Source of the DNA: Podarcis erhardii | Taxonomy: Eukaryota | Direction: 5' to 3' (one strand) | DNA length: 64,000 nt | Assembly: GCA_964252035.1 (NCBI GenBank) | Contig: OZ176200.1 | Shown: in pieces, positions 11,885 to 25,200 of the stretch | Layout: each line of letters opens with the position of its first letter | Numbering within the stretch: the stretch's first letter is position 1 | Notes under the pieces: generated by a model | What the model was told of the DNA's origin: nothing | Database searches by the model: none | The model's input: the letters and a program-made list of their open reading frames with translations, nothing else | Program-made: the position numbers and the translations under genes

Positions 11885-14800
11885 TCAGTGTGAAGCTTCA
11901 GCAAGATACTCAAGATCTGGTTGTTGCAGTCTCTTTTCTCTGTTCTTGTTTTTGGTAAACTCTCTAAGCATCTCCATGACTTCATTTTCAAAGATTTCTG
12001 GAGCAGGCTTTGCTTCTTTGGGGAGAAAAAAGGAAGAAGTGAAACAACAGTATAAGCTCTGCTACCAATGTCTGAAGATTCTGTACACTGAGGTGTCCAC
12101 CAGATGTTGGATTCCAACTCATCAGTGCCAGCCAACAAAGATAAGAGTTGTAGTCCAGCAAAATCTGGATGAAATCACATTGGCTACCCCTGCTCAGAAC
12201 TACAGAGTCTACAGATCTAGTAGGTTTTCCAAGATCATTTTGTCACTGGACTTAAAATTATTTGTCAAGCACCATTTCAAAGACATCCCAGTTAGTGTGT
12301 TAAGTACAGAAAAGGAAACAAAATGGAATGCTTGCTTTGCAAACAAACGAAAGACATTTTTTATGTGTCAGGGAGCAAGAATGTTTTTGGAACTTCTTGT
12401 AAAATGGCAGTGGGAAGTCTCGGCCCGTGGCCCTAATTAGGCTGGTGCAGGTCACATGAGGCTGTTGCCCACAACCCACAAGACGTCGTAAGTGAAATGG
12501 GGCAGGTATGGGCAAGAAAAGAACAATCAGGAGTTTAAGTGAGTTCTCAATTATTTCTTTGAAAGAAGGGTTCTCTGTCAGCACCAATCAGCTGATTAAT
12601 GCAGACAGGGAGCCCTGCTGGGAGTCAGTGGCACTCCAAACAGAGCATTTTCCCCTTTGTAGAGAAAAAACAACTAGCTGTTTGGAGCAAACACTTTGAA
12701 TCCTAATTGCTACCTCCAAATGGACTTCAAAGGTTCCCTGTAATGTTCGTCAGCTAATTGGTGCTGAAAGTGCATCTTCAAAGAAGATTGTTGTATAGTA
12801 ACCCATTTGAATGTTGATAGGTGTCATTTGATGTATTATGCCATCAGGTGACTGACAGTTGGGTGGTCCCATGCATCTGTCAAAGTTGGCCCATGGGAAG
12901 CAGAGTATTGGCCTACTAGCCAGATCCAGTTCCCCACCGCTGCCATAAAATATATAATATACAGTGTTACCTCGGGTTACAGACGCTGCTAACCCAGAAA
13001 TAGTATCTCGGGTTAAGAACTTTGCTTCAGGATGAGAACAGAAATCGCACAGCAGCGGCACAGCAGCAGCAGGAGGCAGTGGCGTAGCGTGGGTTGTCAG
13101 CACCCGGGGCAAGGCAAGTAATTTGCGCCCCCTAACCCGTGGATTTGCGCCCCCTAACCCTACCCCTAACCCCCAGATGTTGCGCCCGGTGCGGCCGGCC
13201 CCCCCTGCACCCCCCACGCTACGCCACTGGCAGGAGGCCCCATTAGCTAAAGTGGTGCTTCAGGTTAAGAACAGTTTCAGGTTAAAAACGGACCTCCAGA
13301 ACGAATTAAGTTCTTCACCTGAGGTACCACTATATTGTCATTAACTATACAGCAGTTCTGCAACCTAAAACTATACTTGTTAAGGAGGATGTTAAGTTCT
13401 ACTAAATTCAAAAAGGGCTTACTGCAAATAAAAATACATATGTTTTAAAGGTAGAGTATACATTAATTATACTCTTGATCAGCCTGACTGCTAGAGTTGG
13501 AATGTTTATATGGTGAACATGACAATTTTTAGACCCTGCTCATAGCTAAAACTGTATTTCAGGTTGTCAGTGACAAATCCTTCTAGGACAATCACCTTTT
13601 CAGGACAGAGGTTGAAATATTACATGTACTGTGCTGCTGTGTGTGGTCCAGAGGGCAGCAACACGAGAGCAAGCATTTTCTGTGATGGCTCCCCACTTGT
13701 GGAATGTTCTCCCCAAAGGGGCTTGCCTGATGTCTTCATTTACATATTTTTAGGCATCAGGTAAAAACATTCCTGTTCTCTCAGGTCTTTGGCCTTTTTA
13801 ACTGTGTGCAGGGGGGTTATTGTTTTTGTTTGTTACTATGTTGTATATTTTTAAGTTTTTATATTGTGAAATGCCCTTCATAAGACACGCCCCCCAAGTC
13901 ACATAAGAGCCAATAGCAAGTGACCCCAAAATACAGTGTTTTGCTTTACCTGTTGCCCAGTAGTAGATATCCCAATCATTGCTGGGCTCATTAATCAGGC
14001 GATCATAAAGATCCAGCTGTTGCTCATTCATTCGATTCAGATTCTCTTTGGCAAAGAAACTATGGAAACAATAAAACAGCATACTGGGAAAACCAGACGA
14101 GGTAGAAAAAAATACCACAATGTAATAAATATACTACATTCTGGCCATGCAAGTGTCAGAAATTTCTGCACACCCATTCAGACAAACAAAAGGCATTATT
14201 ACAGTTCAAGGTCCAGGCAAAAGCAATGAGGAGCAGGGCTACTGAGGGGTGTGGCCTTTGGAGAAGAGTCCCAGAAGCTGGATAGAGGGGCTCAGAGGGG
14301 AGACCACATTCAGCCCCAGGTTCCCTCTACCAGTTCAAGATAAACCAATGTCTGACTATACCCTTGATAACCAAGAGAAAACAGAATGGACAATCTTCTC
14401 CTTTTTCCTCTATAAGCTGATTTTCAACATTTCATAATAATGCTTTCTAGCGCTGTCCTTGCATAAGGGTATTTCCAAGTGCAAGGAGAGAGCAACATTT
14501 CTTTTTTTAAAAATGTAGGTTTATAAAATGATGCACAATATGGAGAAAGTAGACAACAATGATTTTGTACTCACTGTTTTTCAGCTAAATTTCCAGTTGC
14601 ATTTTATCAGTTTAAACTGCCCAGAGAACATACGGTAGTTTCATCATTCTTATCTCTGTTTTATATACATTATAAAATGAAATAACAATTATAATATTAA
14701 TATTAAATATTTTAATATTTAAAGACTCGATTCTTAACATGGTTACCAGGAAACAAGCCCAAGTTGAAAGCAACGAGGAGGTTTAGGAAAGGCAGAACAG

Positions 14801-15380
14801 AAGGCGACGGCTCACCTGAGCAGGAGGCAGTTCTCCAGCATGCCCCTCTTGCGGCTCTCGTACAGCAGCCTCGCGCGCTTCCTCGCCGGGGCTTCGTGGG
14901 GCCGGGCCTGCCAAGGCGGCAGAGGGATCTCCAGCAGATCCCGCCCGGAGTCGGAGGGAGAGTCCCCGCGGTAGCAGCACTTCGACGAGCGGAGGACGCA
15001 GGCGGGGAGCAGAAAGAGGCGCTGCGAGACAAACAGGCAGGGAAACGGCGTAAGGCAACCAAGGGCAGTAGCAGCAGCAGCAGCGTCCGACCCACCACTC
15101 CGTTACTACGCGAACGCGCCGGAGCCCCTGCTGGTGCCACGGTTAGGGAGTCGGACTAGGACTCGGGGAGGCCGTGACGCTCAGGGGGTGACCTTGGGGG
15201 CCAGTCGCTGCCTCTTAATCTCAGCCTAGGCCACCTCGCAGGGCTGGTGTTGTGGGGCCAGGAAGCCTATGCGCTTCACCCTGAGCTCCTGGGAGGCGAA
15301 GCGGCGGACACGAATTCAACAAATGCCTAGATACATAACGTGCATCTCCCTTTACTCACGCGAACGCTCAGCGCCGCCAT
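11885..15380 (-). CDS. SDHAF2: Succinate dehydrogenase assembly factor 2, complete, 155 aa
   Basis: Exons 15380-15360 (MAALSVR), 15021-14816 (...[22 protein letters not shown]), 14059-13950 ([36 protein letters not shown]), 12015-11885 ([17 protein letters not shown]...EASH*). All GT-AG, 468 nt in frame; minus-strand AATAAA at 11752-11757. Confidence 0.97.
12962..13332. mobile_element. Tc1/mariner MITE in SDHAF2 intron 3, interrupted by a hAT MITE
   Basis: TA-CAGTGTTACCTCGGG...GAGGTACCACTA-TA; same family as 56610-56851. Confidence 0.8.
13077..13229. mobile_element. hAT-type MITE (nested)
   Basis: 17-bp TIRs CAGTGGCGTAGCGTGGG / CCCACGCTACGCCACTG; 8-bp TSD GCAGGAGG at 13069-13076 and 13230-13237. 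Confidence 0.85.
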
Positions 15381-15800
15381 CCTGGTTTCCTCCGCAGCCG
15401 CTCTACCCTTCGCGGCCCACCATAGACACAGAGGCCTCTACGGAAGCCTCTCAACTTCTCCACAACGCATGCGCCCTAAAGCAACCTCTCGGCCTCCCAC
15501 GCCTACGGAGAGGGGCCTTTTCTGTTTTTGTTTACTCCTGCGAGAGGCGGCACAGCAACAGGCCGGAAGGGGCGGGCCTTGCGGAAGGGGCGGGCCTCGG
15601 CAGGGAGGAAGGGGCGGGGCAACGGGAGGAGGCGCTGGCTGTAGCGGTGAGAGGAGGAGGGGAGGAGGAGGAGGAGGCGGCCGAGGACGAGGGGGGGTGG
15701 GGGTTCGCGCGCGCGTTTTGGGCCTGCCTGGGATTGCTAGGCCTTGAGCAGTATAACGGGCCCCGAGCGGCGCCGGGGAGGCGTCGGAGCTTCGTGGCCG
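15381..15800. promoter_or_regulatory. Bidirectional CpG-island promoter SDHAF2/CPSF7
   Basis: High GC/CpG from ~14800 to 16400; NRF1-like CGCATGCGC 15466-15474, several CGGAAG ETS cores, GC boxes; divergent genes on both sides. Confidence 0.8.
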
Positions 15801-16228
15801 GGGTGAGCGCGGGGGAAGTGGGCAGCGGCGGCGGCGGCGGCGTGTCTCCGTCGCAGCGCGGGAAAAAGGAGGCGATGGCGGGCGCGAGCGTCCAGGCGCG
15901 CGCAGCTATGGCGGCCCGCGGAGGAGGGGAAGCGGGAAGGGAGGCGGCGGCGGCGGCGGCCCGGCTCTCGGCTTCTCCGCTGCCGGCGGAAGGTCCCGCC
16001 GTCCGAGTGGCACTGAGGCGGCGAGGGGGGCGGGGCCGCCTGCGCGGGATCCTGGGCTGCGCGGGGCTGCGCGGGAAGGGGCCTGGGCTCTGCCGGCGGC
16101 GGCCGCGTGAGGCGGCGATCTCACTAACCTGCGTCTCCTTCCCCCTTCTCTTTGCTCCGTGACCCCCGCAGTGCGGCTCTTTCTTCTCCCCCCACCCCCG
16201 GTTCTCTCGGCGGCTCCCCTGGAGAAAT

Positions 16229-19200
16229 ATGTCGGAAGGAGTGGACCTCATCGACATCTACGCCGACGAAGAGTTTAACCAGGTGAGCGCGGCTGCGGAC
16301 CCCGCTGGGTGGGCGTAAGGGCTGCGCCACCGTCTCGGCGGGATGTGGAAGGGCGGCAGGTGAGCGCTAGAAGAAGAGGCGAACTCTCCACGAGCCCCGA
16401 AACTTCGGCCCGTGCTGAGGTCTCAAAAGAGAGGTTTGTCCTCAGGTGCGTTGTTAGGCTGCTGGAGCATCCTTTCCTTTCACGGTAGAAATACAAAAAT
16501 CTCTGTAGAAGCAAATTCCGTTGTGTGAAAAGTTCGTTGAGTGAGAAGTGAATAGTGTTAAATCAGCGTTATAACTGGAGATTTCCTAATAAACTCCTCA
16601 CATTTGCCAATTGGTGTGAATTGTTTTACTCTACAGGAAAGAAAACATCATGAACCAAATGAATGCATGTTGGAAGAAATGTTGAATCACTATTTGTGCG
16701 TGTGTGTTTTGGAATGTATGAAGTCTTCCTTTTAAAAAAAGAAATAGGAAGTTACAGCATGATAGAAATAGAAAGTAATAGCATGTTAGTCTACGTAGTC
16801 TCTCAAGTGAGAGGTGCCTTCCTGGAATCAAGTTAACATTAACAGTTGAGGATGCTGAATCTTTTAGAAATATGTAACCTGGGTCAGTGAGCAGACCAAG
16901 ATGGTTGGTACAGTAGCTCCTGCATATGTGATTTCAAGTTACATAGTATTCTGTCCCATTCGTCGCATCACATTGACACAAAAAAATTAAACATGGAAAC
17001 TGACAGGCAATTACGCAGTTAATCACAGGCAATACTAGCACCTTCATAGGAAAAGATCCTTCAGTTTTGTGCACACATTGCTTGCAGTATATATTCTTTA
17101 TAGCCTAAAAAGTGAACAATTAAGTGATAGTTACAGATAGGTAGCCGTGTTGGTCTGCCATAGTCAAAACAAAATAAAAAAATTCCTTCCAGTAGCACCT
17201 TAAAGACCAACTAAGTTAGTTCTTGGTATGAGCTTTCGTGTGCATGCACACTTCTGTGTATCTGAAGAAGTGTGCATGCACACAAAAGCTCATACCAAGA
17301 ACTAACTTAGTTGGTCTTTAAGGTGCTACTGGAAGGAATTTTTTTATTTTGTTTCAATTAAGTGATGTTAGGGGTGTAGGTAACAGCAACTTTAGTCCAC
17401 CTTACAGTTCTACTTTTCATGCCTGCTTATACCTAATATTTTTTGTTACAATTATAAATTGGGTCATCTTAGTTGTCGAAATGACTGTGTTTAATGGGAG
17501 AAAGAAGTGGGAAGACAGGATAACCTTTTCTGTCTGATGTATTAACTTTGTGTGAGAGTGCATTGCACTAGAAATCAAATCTGGTTTGTGGTGTATATTG
17601 TTCCCTATTGATTTCAATCCTCAAGGCTTGATTACTGTAGCACACCTTATGTGGGGCTACCCTTTATCTAGTCCGGAAGCTTCAATTTGTGCAGAATGCA
17701 GTGGCCAGACTGCTCAAAGGAGCAACATACTACTCTGCTGCTGAGGGAGCTGTTGTGGTTGCCTGTTTGTTACCTGCCTAGGTTCAAGGTACTTATATTA
17801 ATTCACAAAACCCTAAACAGTACAGGCCTTTGCAATACAATTTTTCTCTTTAATGATGTTTTATTGATGCTTTTTGCTGCTTTTATTTTTATATGTTGTT
17901 AACCACTTTGGTATATTTTGATGAAAGTGTGGATTATAAATAAATAAATAAATAAATAGAAATAAACACCCACATGTGTTTCAAGTGTGTGTTTATGTAT
18001 TACTTTAAATAGAACATTAAGAAGGCCGTGCAATTCCATAAGCAGTAGGACTGGAACCAAACTTACACTGAACAGAATTATACTGTAACCACAGAAACAT
18101 GGCAACCAGCAGCCAGTTTGTTCATAATAACTCCTTTAGTGGCATTGTTCAGTGGCAGAGCACAACAAACCACGCAGGAGGTCCCAAGAGCAGTCCCTGC
18201 CATCTCCAGATAGTGACTGACTGCTGTCTGAAGCCCTGGAGAACCTTTGCCAGTCAGTCTAGCAAATACTAAGCTATATGGACAGTGGTCTGACTTGCCT
18301 TAAACCAGCACCCGATATTCCTACAAACCTGGGCTGAGGAACGTATAGCTCCATATGCTTTAGGCCTCCCCCTGCTACCTTCTTTCCTGGGCCACATGGT
18401 TAGTGCTCAGGGATGATGGACATTGTAGTTAAGCACATCTGGGTGGGTCACAGGCTTCCTACATGTGCAATACTCATAGTCCTTACTCCAGGTAAAGATA
18501 AAGCATATAGCTTATATTGCCAAGGTCCCAAGTTTGATCTTGCCACCTCCAAGCAGCAGCATTTCATCTCCATTTTGTCCCATCCTTAACTCCTGGTCAC
18601 ACCCATTCTTTCCTGTTGATTTATTTACTACTATGCATAAGTTTCATTTCACAAGGGTTCTAGTTTATGCTCATTGTGTATCCCTGTATGTGGTTATAGC
18701 ACTAGATTGATTGGTCTACAAGAGAGGATTAATACCTATATGTCAGCTTTCCTGTATCTTGGTTTGGAATGTGTAGGAACATTTCCTCTTTTGGGTTGAC
18801 GTTAGGGGTGGCCAGTGCTAATTCCCTCCAATGTCAGGTGTACATTCAGGTGTATTCATGTACATGCCATCTTGCATTCACAACTAGTGCAAAGGCACTT
18901 CACTGTTTTCAGTAATTTTGAATATATGAATGCTGGTGAAGTTGCAACATCACACAGGGTTTCTGCTGCTGCACTAATTGTTTTTTCTGACTGCATGGCT
19001 CTAGGTAATGACCACATTTCATCTCTGGGAGCATTGGATGGATGGATGCTTGTCTCTGGAAGGCATGGGGTGTATGTTAAATGTTCCACTTGATCAGGGA
19101 AACTTTATTGTATTCTGCCTATAGTACCCCATTTTTAAATATTCTGTTCCCTATCAAGAGTAAAAGAAGTATAATACGAGTATGTAATGAATTAATTTTA

Positions 19201-22200
19201 TCTATAAGAGGTTTTCATATTTCTACAATAGATTTCTAGAGTAAAGGATTGTTCTTGTAAACTTGGTAATCTGTTCTGGCGAAGGTGTTCTACCCTGAAA
19301 AATTTTTAATTACAACAAATCACTGGTGTAGATGACACCATTATAGCTTTCAGACAAATATGTTTTATATATTTATTTGAAATTCCTAGTTGTGGCAAGA
19401 GAAGAAACATAAAATATATTGAGGACCAAATCCTCTTGTTCAGTATTGGTTACATAATTCAAAAACTTTATATGACTTTTGTGCACATTCATTGTGTCTG
19501 CTATGTCTATTTCCTGTAGTATTTCTGCCTACCATACACTTCATTCTGTATACCTTTAGCCACTCCTCTTTAATGTGTGCTTACCCAGTCTTCACCCATA
19601 TTGGCTTGTTCCCCAGTGGATAGATTTAGGTCACATTCACAGCATACTTTTAAAGTACTATGATACCACTTTAAACTGTCATGGCTTCTCCCAAAGAATT
19701 CTGGGAGCTGTTGTTTATTAAGCATGCTGAGAATTGTTAGGAAATCCCCATTCCCCTCACAGAGCTACCACAGTTCCCACAGTGGTTTAACAATCAGCCC
19801 CTCTGCATAGGGAACTCTAGGAATTGAAGTTATGGGAGGGGAATAGGAGTCTCCTAACAACTTTCAGCACCCCAAGAGTGCTTTAAATGTATGATTTGAA
19901 TGTGACCTTATCAGTGTACATGGTGAGAAAGAAAGAACAGTATTTATAGGCCTATAGTTGCTTCTTCATCATGTATTGCCAATGATGTCGTCAGCCACAC
20001 TTGATCTGTTGCAGAATAAGAAGAATAGTGAAAATGTACTCCCCATTTCTTCACTGTATACATGGATGGCGCTTCCCTGGAGGCGGGGGGGGGGCGTACT
20101 CTGGCTGTGGATAGCAACTTCAACTTGGATGGTGGTGTTTTGTGGTGGGGTACGGTATTTGCTACTATGTATGGCTTATTCCCCACACTGCTTACCTTTC
20201 ATGGGAACCTGCTTACTAGTGTGCATCTCCTTTTGTAAGTACAGGAGTTGAACTTCTTAGCTGTTTGTGTACTGAGCAATGAGACAGGCTGCTTCTGGAG
20301 AGCCTGAAAACATAGTAAACATTGGACACCTGCCCTTTCTTCCTTTCTTTTTCTTATTTGAATCTCACCCATAGCCATAGTTGTGACATCTCTGGCTGCT
20401 ACATAAGTGCAGAGTTGCATCACCACAATGGTTTTGACAGATGTGAGCTATGTGCAGGTGTAAATGTTCCATTTGTGTTAGAGTAGGGCTCCTTTCCATG
20501 GTGCAAAACTTGTCAGTTATCACGGGTTTTTTCCACTATGGATAGCAGGGAACTGTCTTCACATTAGATGCTGAATTCCCAGTTCATGATCTGCCCTACC
20601 AGTCTGATCAGGTTGTGTGCATAGAGCTCATATTTTTTAATACATGTATTTCAGAATAGTTTATGTACTGAGTCTTGTTACGTGTTTGGTGTTTGGCACC
20701 TTCTGATTCCATGTGCTTGTTCAAGAGTGTGATGATTAGCTATGCTCTTTTTTTCAGTTGGGGCTGTACCTGAACCTCTGCTTGAGGAACATGGGAAGCT
20801 GCCTTATACTAAATCAGACCATTTGTCTCTGTAGCCCAGTATTGTCTACAGTGACTGGCAGTGGCTCTCTGAATTTTCAGATGAGGGTATCTCCCAGCCC
20901 TATCTGGTATGTCAGGGATTGACCTTCTGATATTCTGCATGCAGTGCTGATGCTCTACCTTTCAGCTATGGCCCAGTCCCAGATCCTCTCTGGAGTGGGT
21001 TCTGATGTAATGGATGCTGCTGCCCATGTTATTTCCCCTTGTTTAAGAATAACTTGGTTCCCATAGCTTTTCAATGGGTTGTCTTTATATGCTAACCATT
21101 TCATTTCAGAGTTCTGTCCCTGTGTGGTTTGGCAGGAGGGTTATTCATGCTTGTCTAACGGTGGAGGGTGTGTGCTGTTTCCTATGAGGTAGTATAATGG
21201 TTATCAATGTACACTCATGGTCCTTGGATAGAATGCTAATGAGCAACATATTTTTTTCCATTAGTTTCCTTTTCTTCCATCTTAGCAGCATTAGCAGCAC
21301 ACCACAACTTCACTAGTGCAGTAGTATTACATGGATGTGGGAATACACCTTTGGACCCAGAGATGCAAAAGTTGCCTGTAAGCTTTCTTGTCCATAAGAG
21401 AATCCACTGAAGAACTAGAGAAGACATGACTAAATAACAAGAACAATTGGACCAAGAGCCTGTGAGCTTACTGTATGTAGGGATTCATCTGGAGGCCTTT
21501 GTCAACTTAGAGCCTTTTCAGTAGTGGCACACACCTTATTAAATACCTTACCCAATGAGATTGTTTTTAAGTAGCAGGCAGAAACATGACTGTTTAAGAA
21601 GACTTTTGACTGCCTTCTCCCCACTCTCAGTTTAATTTGTTTAATGTTGTGCCCTTATGTGATTTTCAGGAATTACTTATATTCTTCGACCTGGCATGTT
21701 AACAATTGCTCATTACCACTATTTTTTAGAATTGCTGCTCTTTTATGTTTTTACATTGTATGAAACTTTGTTTTGGAAACCACCCTGATTCCATTTCCCC
21801 CCCTTAAAGGCAGGACATAGGTTTTTACAATAAATCAATTGTAAATTACAATAAATAAATTGAGCCAAGAATTTAGCACCGTGTTCTAGGATAAAGTTTT
21901 GGAAATGGAAATCTCAGTGTATGGAAGTAGGCGAAAGATTTGATCAAAGTTTCAGCAAACTATTTGTTTCCTCTGCAGATTCAGAGTGCAAACAAGAATG
22001 TGTTGCAAATGCAGCTTCATGAAAAATACACATTGTAGAGAATTCAAAGCCTCTGTGCCATGCAAAAGTAAAGAAGCACATACTACGGCTTGGGTCCAGA
22101 GTTCCTGCAGGCAGAACTTCACTCAATCTGTGCTCCCATTGGAGGAAAGGAAAAGCAATCTCCACTGATGCTTCCTGCTCCCTGAAAAATTCTCTGAGGC

Positions 22201-25200
22201 GAGGGTGTTGAGGAAGATCCTTTGGAACTGCATGGGAGGTAGCAGGAGGAGGAAATCTGCAAAAATGGCCATCTTGGCCTCCCTCCAGCAGGAGCCTTTC
22301 CTTCCACAAATGAAGGGAAACTCTTGATGAAGCCTCGTGCATTTAAATTTTGAAGAAAAGGATCGGGCTTTCCATGGAATTGAGCTTTACTCTGATTGTA
22401 AAAAGAAATAAGATAGTCATATTTCAAATTTGAAAAGGGTCCAAAGTAATGAAAAACAAAGTATGAAGCCGGTGAAATTCCAGCTGCATATTTCCTATAC
22501 GGAGCTTTTTCTTACTCCAAAGGTTTTAAAACTCACTCTAAAAATGTCTTAACAGTTCCTGATTCACTTGGAAGTACTAGGGTGTAGGGGTAAAACAAAA
22601 ATTAACCCCAAATCTTTTCCTATACTGCTAAAAAAAATATTGTATGCTGTTGTGTCTTTGGAATACCAATTGCATCGAATGGTCTTGATTCACGTTTTCA
22701 AGTTCCAATAAATATTGTTTGGAAAAAAATAAAAAAATTGAGAGCCATCTAGGATGCAGGGAGAAACTGTGTAAATCATCAATTCTCTATTTGTGGAATT
22801 AGAAATGAATAAACTCTGGAATTCCCTCTTGCCTTGAAAAAGTGGATATCAGCATTGTAGTATCAAAAGAATGCAGTTTGAGTCTGAAGAGACACAACAT
22901 GTAGCACTGTCTCCTTGGGAACCGTGGCCAGTGGAAAGAGAATCTCTAGGTGTTGCAGGGAAGTTGCTGAAAATAAATAGGTCTGTATTATTTATTGAGA
23001 CTATACTGTATTGTGTGTAGGGAAGAACTCTTGTGTCAGGCCTATTGCATGGTTCAAAAACTGCCCAGAAATACAGCAAATAAAATAAAAGCTGTTACCT
23101 ATTTGAGACATGACCAGATAACCAAGAATGTGCAGGTCTTGCTCACATGATGCTTGCAAACACATTTAACATGATCTTTGGAAGGTTTCAATAGCATCAT
23201 CAACAGCCACTACCCTTGTTCCTGATGATAAATCATCAGGAAACTACTTTGTAGTATATGTGTGGGTGGTGTTGCTGGATATGCACTGTTTTCTCCTTCC
23301 CTGTAGCTTATATGATTCTGCCTTAGGTTCCTGGAGGCTATTGGGGACATTCTTCTGATGGTGTGGGCTTTTCATTGCCTTGCAATGGCAGTCAGTATTT
23401 GCTACAAGGCTAGAGTGGTCTTGTGCCCCTACTGTCTTAGTTTAGTTGAAAATGAGTATCACAAGCTGTACTGTGGTCTTTACTGAGGAAATCTAAATAC
23501 AGTGGTGCCTCGCAACACGAAATTAATCTGTTCCGCGAGTCTCTTCGTCTTGCGGTTTTTTTGTCTTGCGAAGCACGGCTATTAGCGGCATAGCGGCTTA
23601 GCGGCTATTAACGGCTTAGCTGCTTAGCGGCTTTAAGAAAAAGGAAACAAACTCGCAAGAACGTTTCATCTTGCGAAGCAAGCCCATAAGGAAATTCGTC
23701 TTGCGGAACGACTCAAAAAACGGAAAACTCTTTCATCTTGTGCGTTTTTCGTCTTGCGAGGCATTCGTCTTGCGAGGTACCACTGTATATTTTTCTTGAT
23801 GTCAGGAAGCTAACAATAAGTAAGTTTCCAATCTTCTGCTTTGCAGATTTAAGAGGTATCTTAAAAATATAATTAAGTGCTGATAGCTTGAAAATGTTGA
23901 AGTGACTTGATTTTCCTATCACCCTTTAATATCACTGCTGTTCTTAATTGATAACATTTTGTTTGTAGTAACTTTTCTTTTTCTTATGCGTAATATCCAT
24001 TCCTTATTGCGGATTTGTCTCGTACTACTATGTAAAACTATTTCTACTGCTAGTAAGTTTTTTGTAGCATGTACTACTTTCTACTTGAAGACTTCCCAGT
24101 ATTTGACTTTATAAAGATTGCTTGAAGCAGGAGCTGCTGCTATGTTTAAAATGGTCTGAAACACCCAAGTTTCTTTTATTCTAGATAATTGGAATGTAAC
24201 AAGCATATCACTAGTTCTATGAAACCAACAAATGGTTGTGACCTGCATCCCAATATATTGACTTTAATCCAATTTAGCATACTCATGCTAAAGCCCATTG
24301 AAAACTATGTAACAGGCTAATTGCGATTAAAAGTTCGATTCATTTCAGCGGAATTAAGCACATCCATCTGAAATTAAGACAGTGACCATGATTCAGTACA
24401 TGCCAGAATTCTGATGTTCTTGATAACATATGATAAATAGTTGAATTCAAACCCATAACAAATGCTAGAATTTGATTGTTTATATCCTGCATGAGTTTTT
24501 GCAGTCTTGCTAGTTTAAAACATTGAAGAATCCTTCCGGTGGGAAGCCATACCTTACAATAATCTGTGAATTACAGTAATAGTAATGTGTATTTGTTTTA
24601 TTTATTCAATCTATTAGTTGCTTTTTTACCAGAGAAACACAAAGCGACTTTGAGTATATAAACAGACACACACATTAAAACTGGCATAAAGGAAAAGAGG
24701 AAAAAATCTGAAAAATAACCCTGTTTTTAAAAGGCAGTACAAGCTTTATGTTCTAGCTGCTGCTGTGTATACAAATTGGGCCAGATTATGTTGCATGGGA
24801 AGATGAAAATTTTATATACCACTCTACATAATACTGGATTTCATATATATATATATATACAGTGGTGCCCCGCAAGACGAACGCCTCGCAAGACGGAAAA
24901 CCCGCTAGACGAAAGGGTTTTCCGTTTTGGAGGCGCTTCGCTAAACGAATTTCTCTATGGGGTTGCTTCGCAAGACGAAAAAATCTTACGAGTTCCCGCG
25001 GGGTTTTTTTGCTCCTCCCCCCTTTCCTAAGCCGCTAAGCCGCTTATCAGCTGTTCCGCTGATAAGCCGCTTAACAGCTGATCGCTAAAAGCCGCTAGAC
25101 CGCTAATAGCGCTAATCCGCTAAGCTGTCAATGGGCTTGCTTCGCAAGACGAAAAAACCGCTAGACGAAGAGAATCGCGGAATGGATTCTTTTCGTCTTG

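Noticed and set aside
13120-13175. CCCTAA telomere-like units
   Set aside because: Only a few interrupted copies, part of the hAT MITE's internal repeats; not an interstitial telomere.
14712-15140. 142-aa minus ORF as SDHAF2 N-terminus
   Set aside because: Wrong frame; the conserved [17 protein letters not shown] lies in another frame reached by splicing from the ATG at 15380.
15269-16162. 297-aa ORF (and the 241-aa antisense ORF) across the CpG island
   Set aside because: Low-complexity Ala/Gly/Arg translation expected from very GC-rich DNA; spans the promoter and UTR exons; no recognisable domain.
21979-22040. Possible poison exon in CPSF7 intron 2 (acceptor TTCCTCTGCAG, early TAG)
   Set aside because: No convincing donor and no other support; such acceptors occur by chance in a 10-kb intron.
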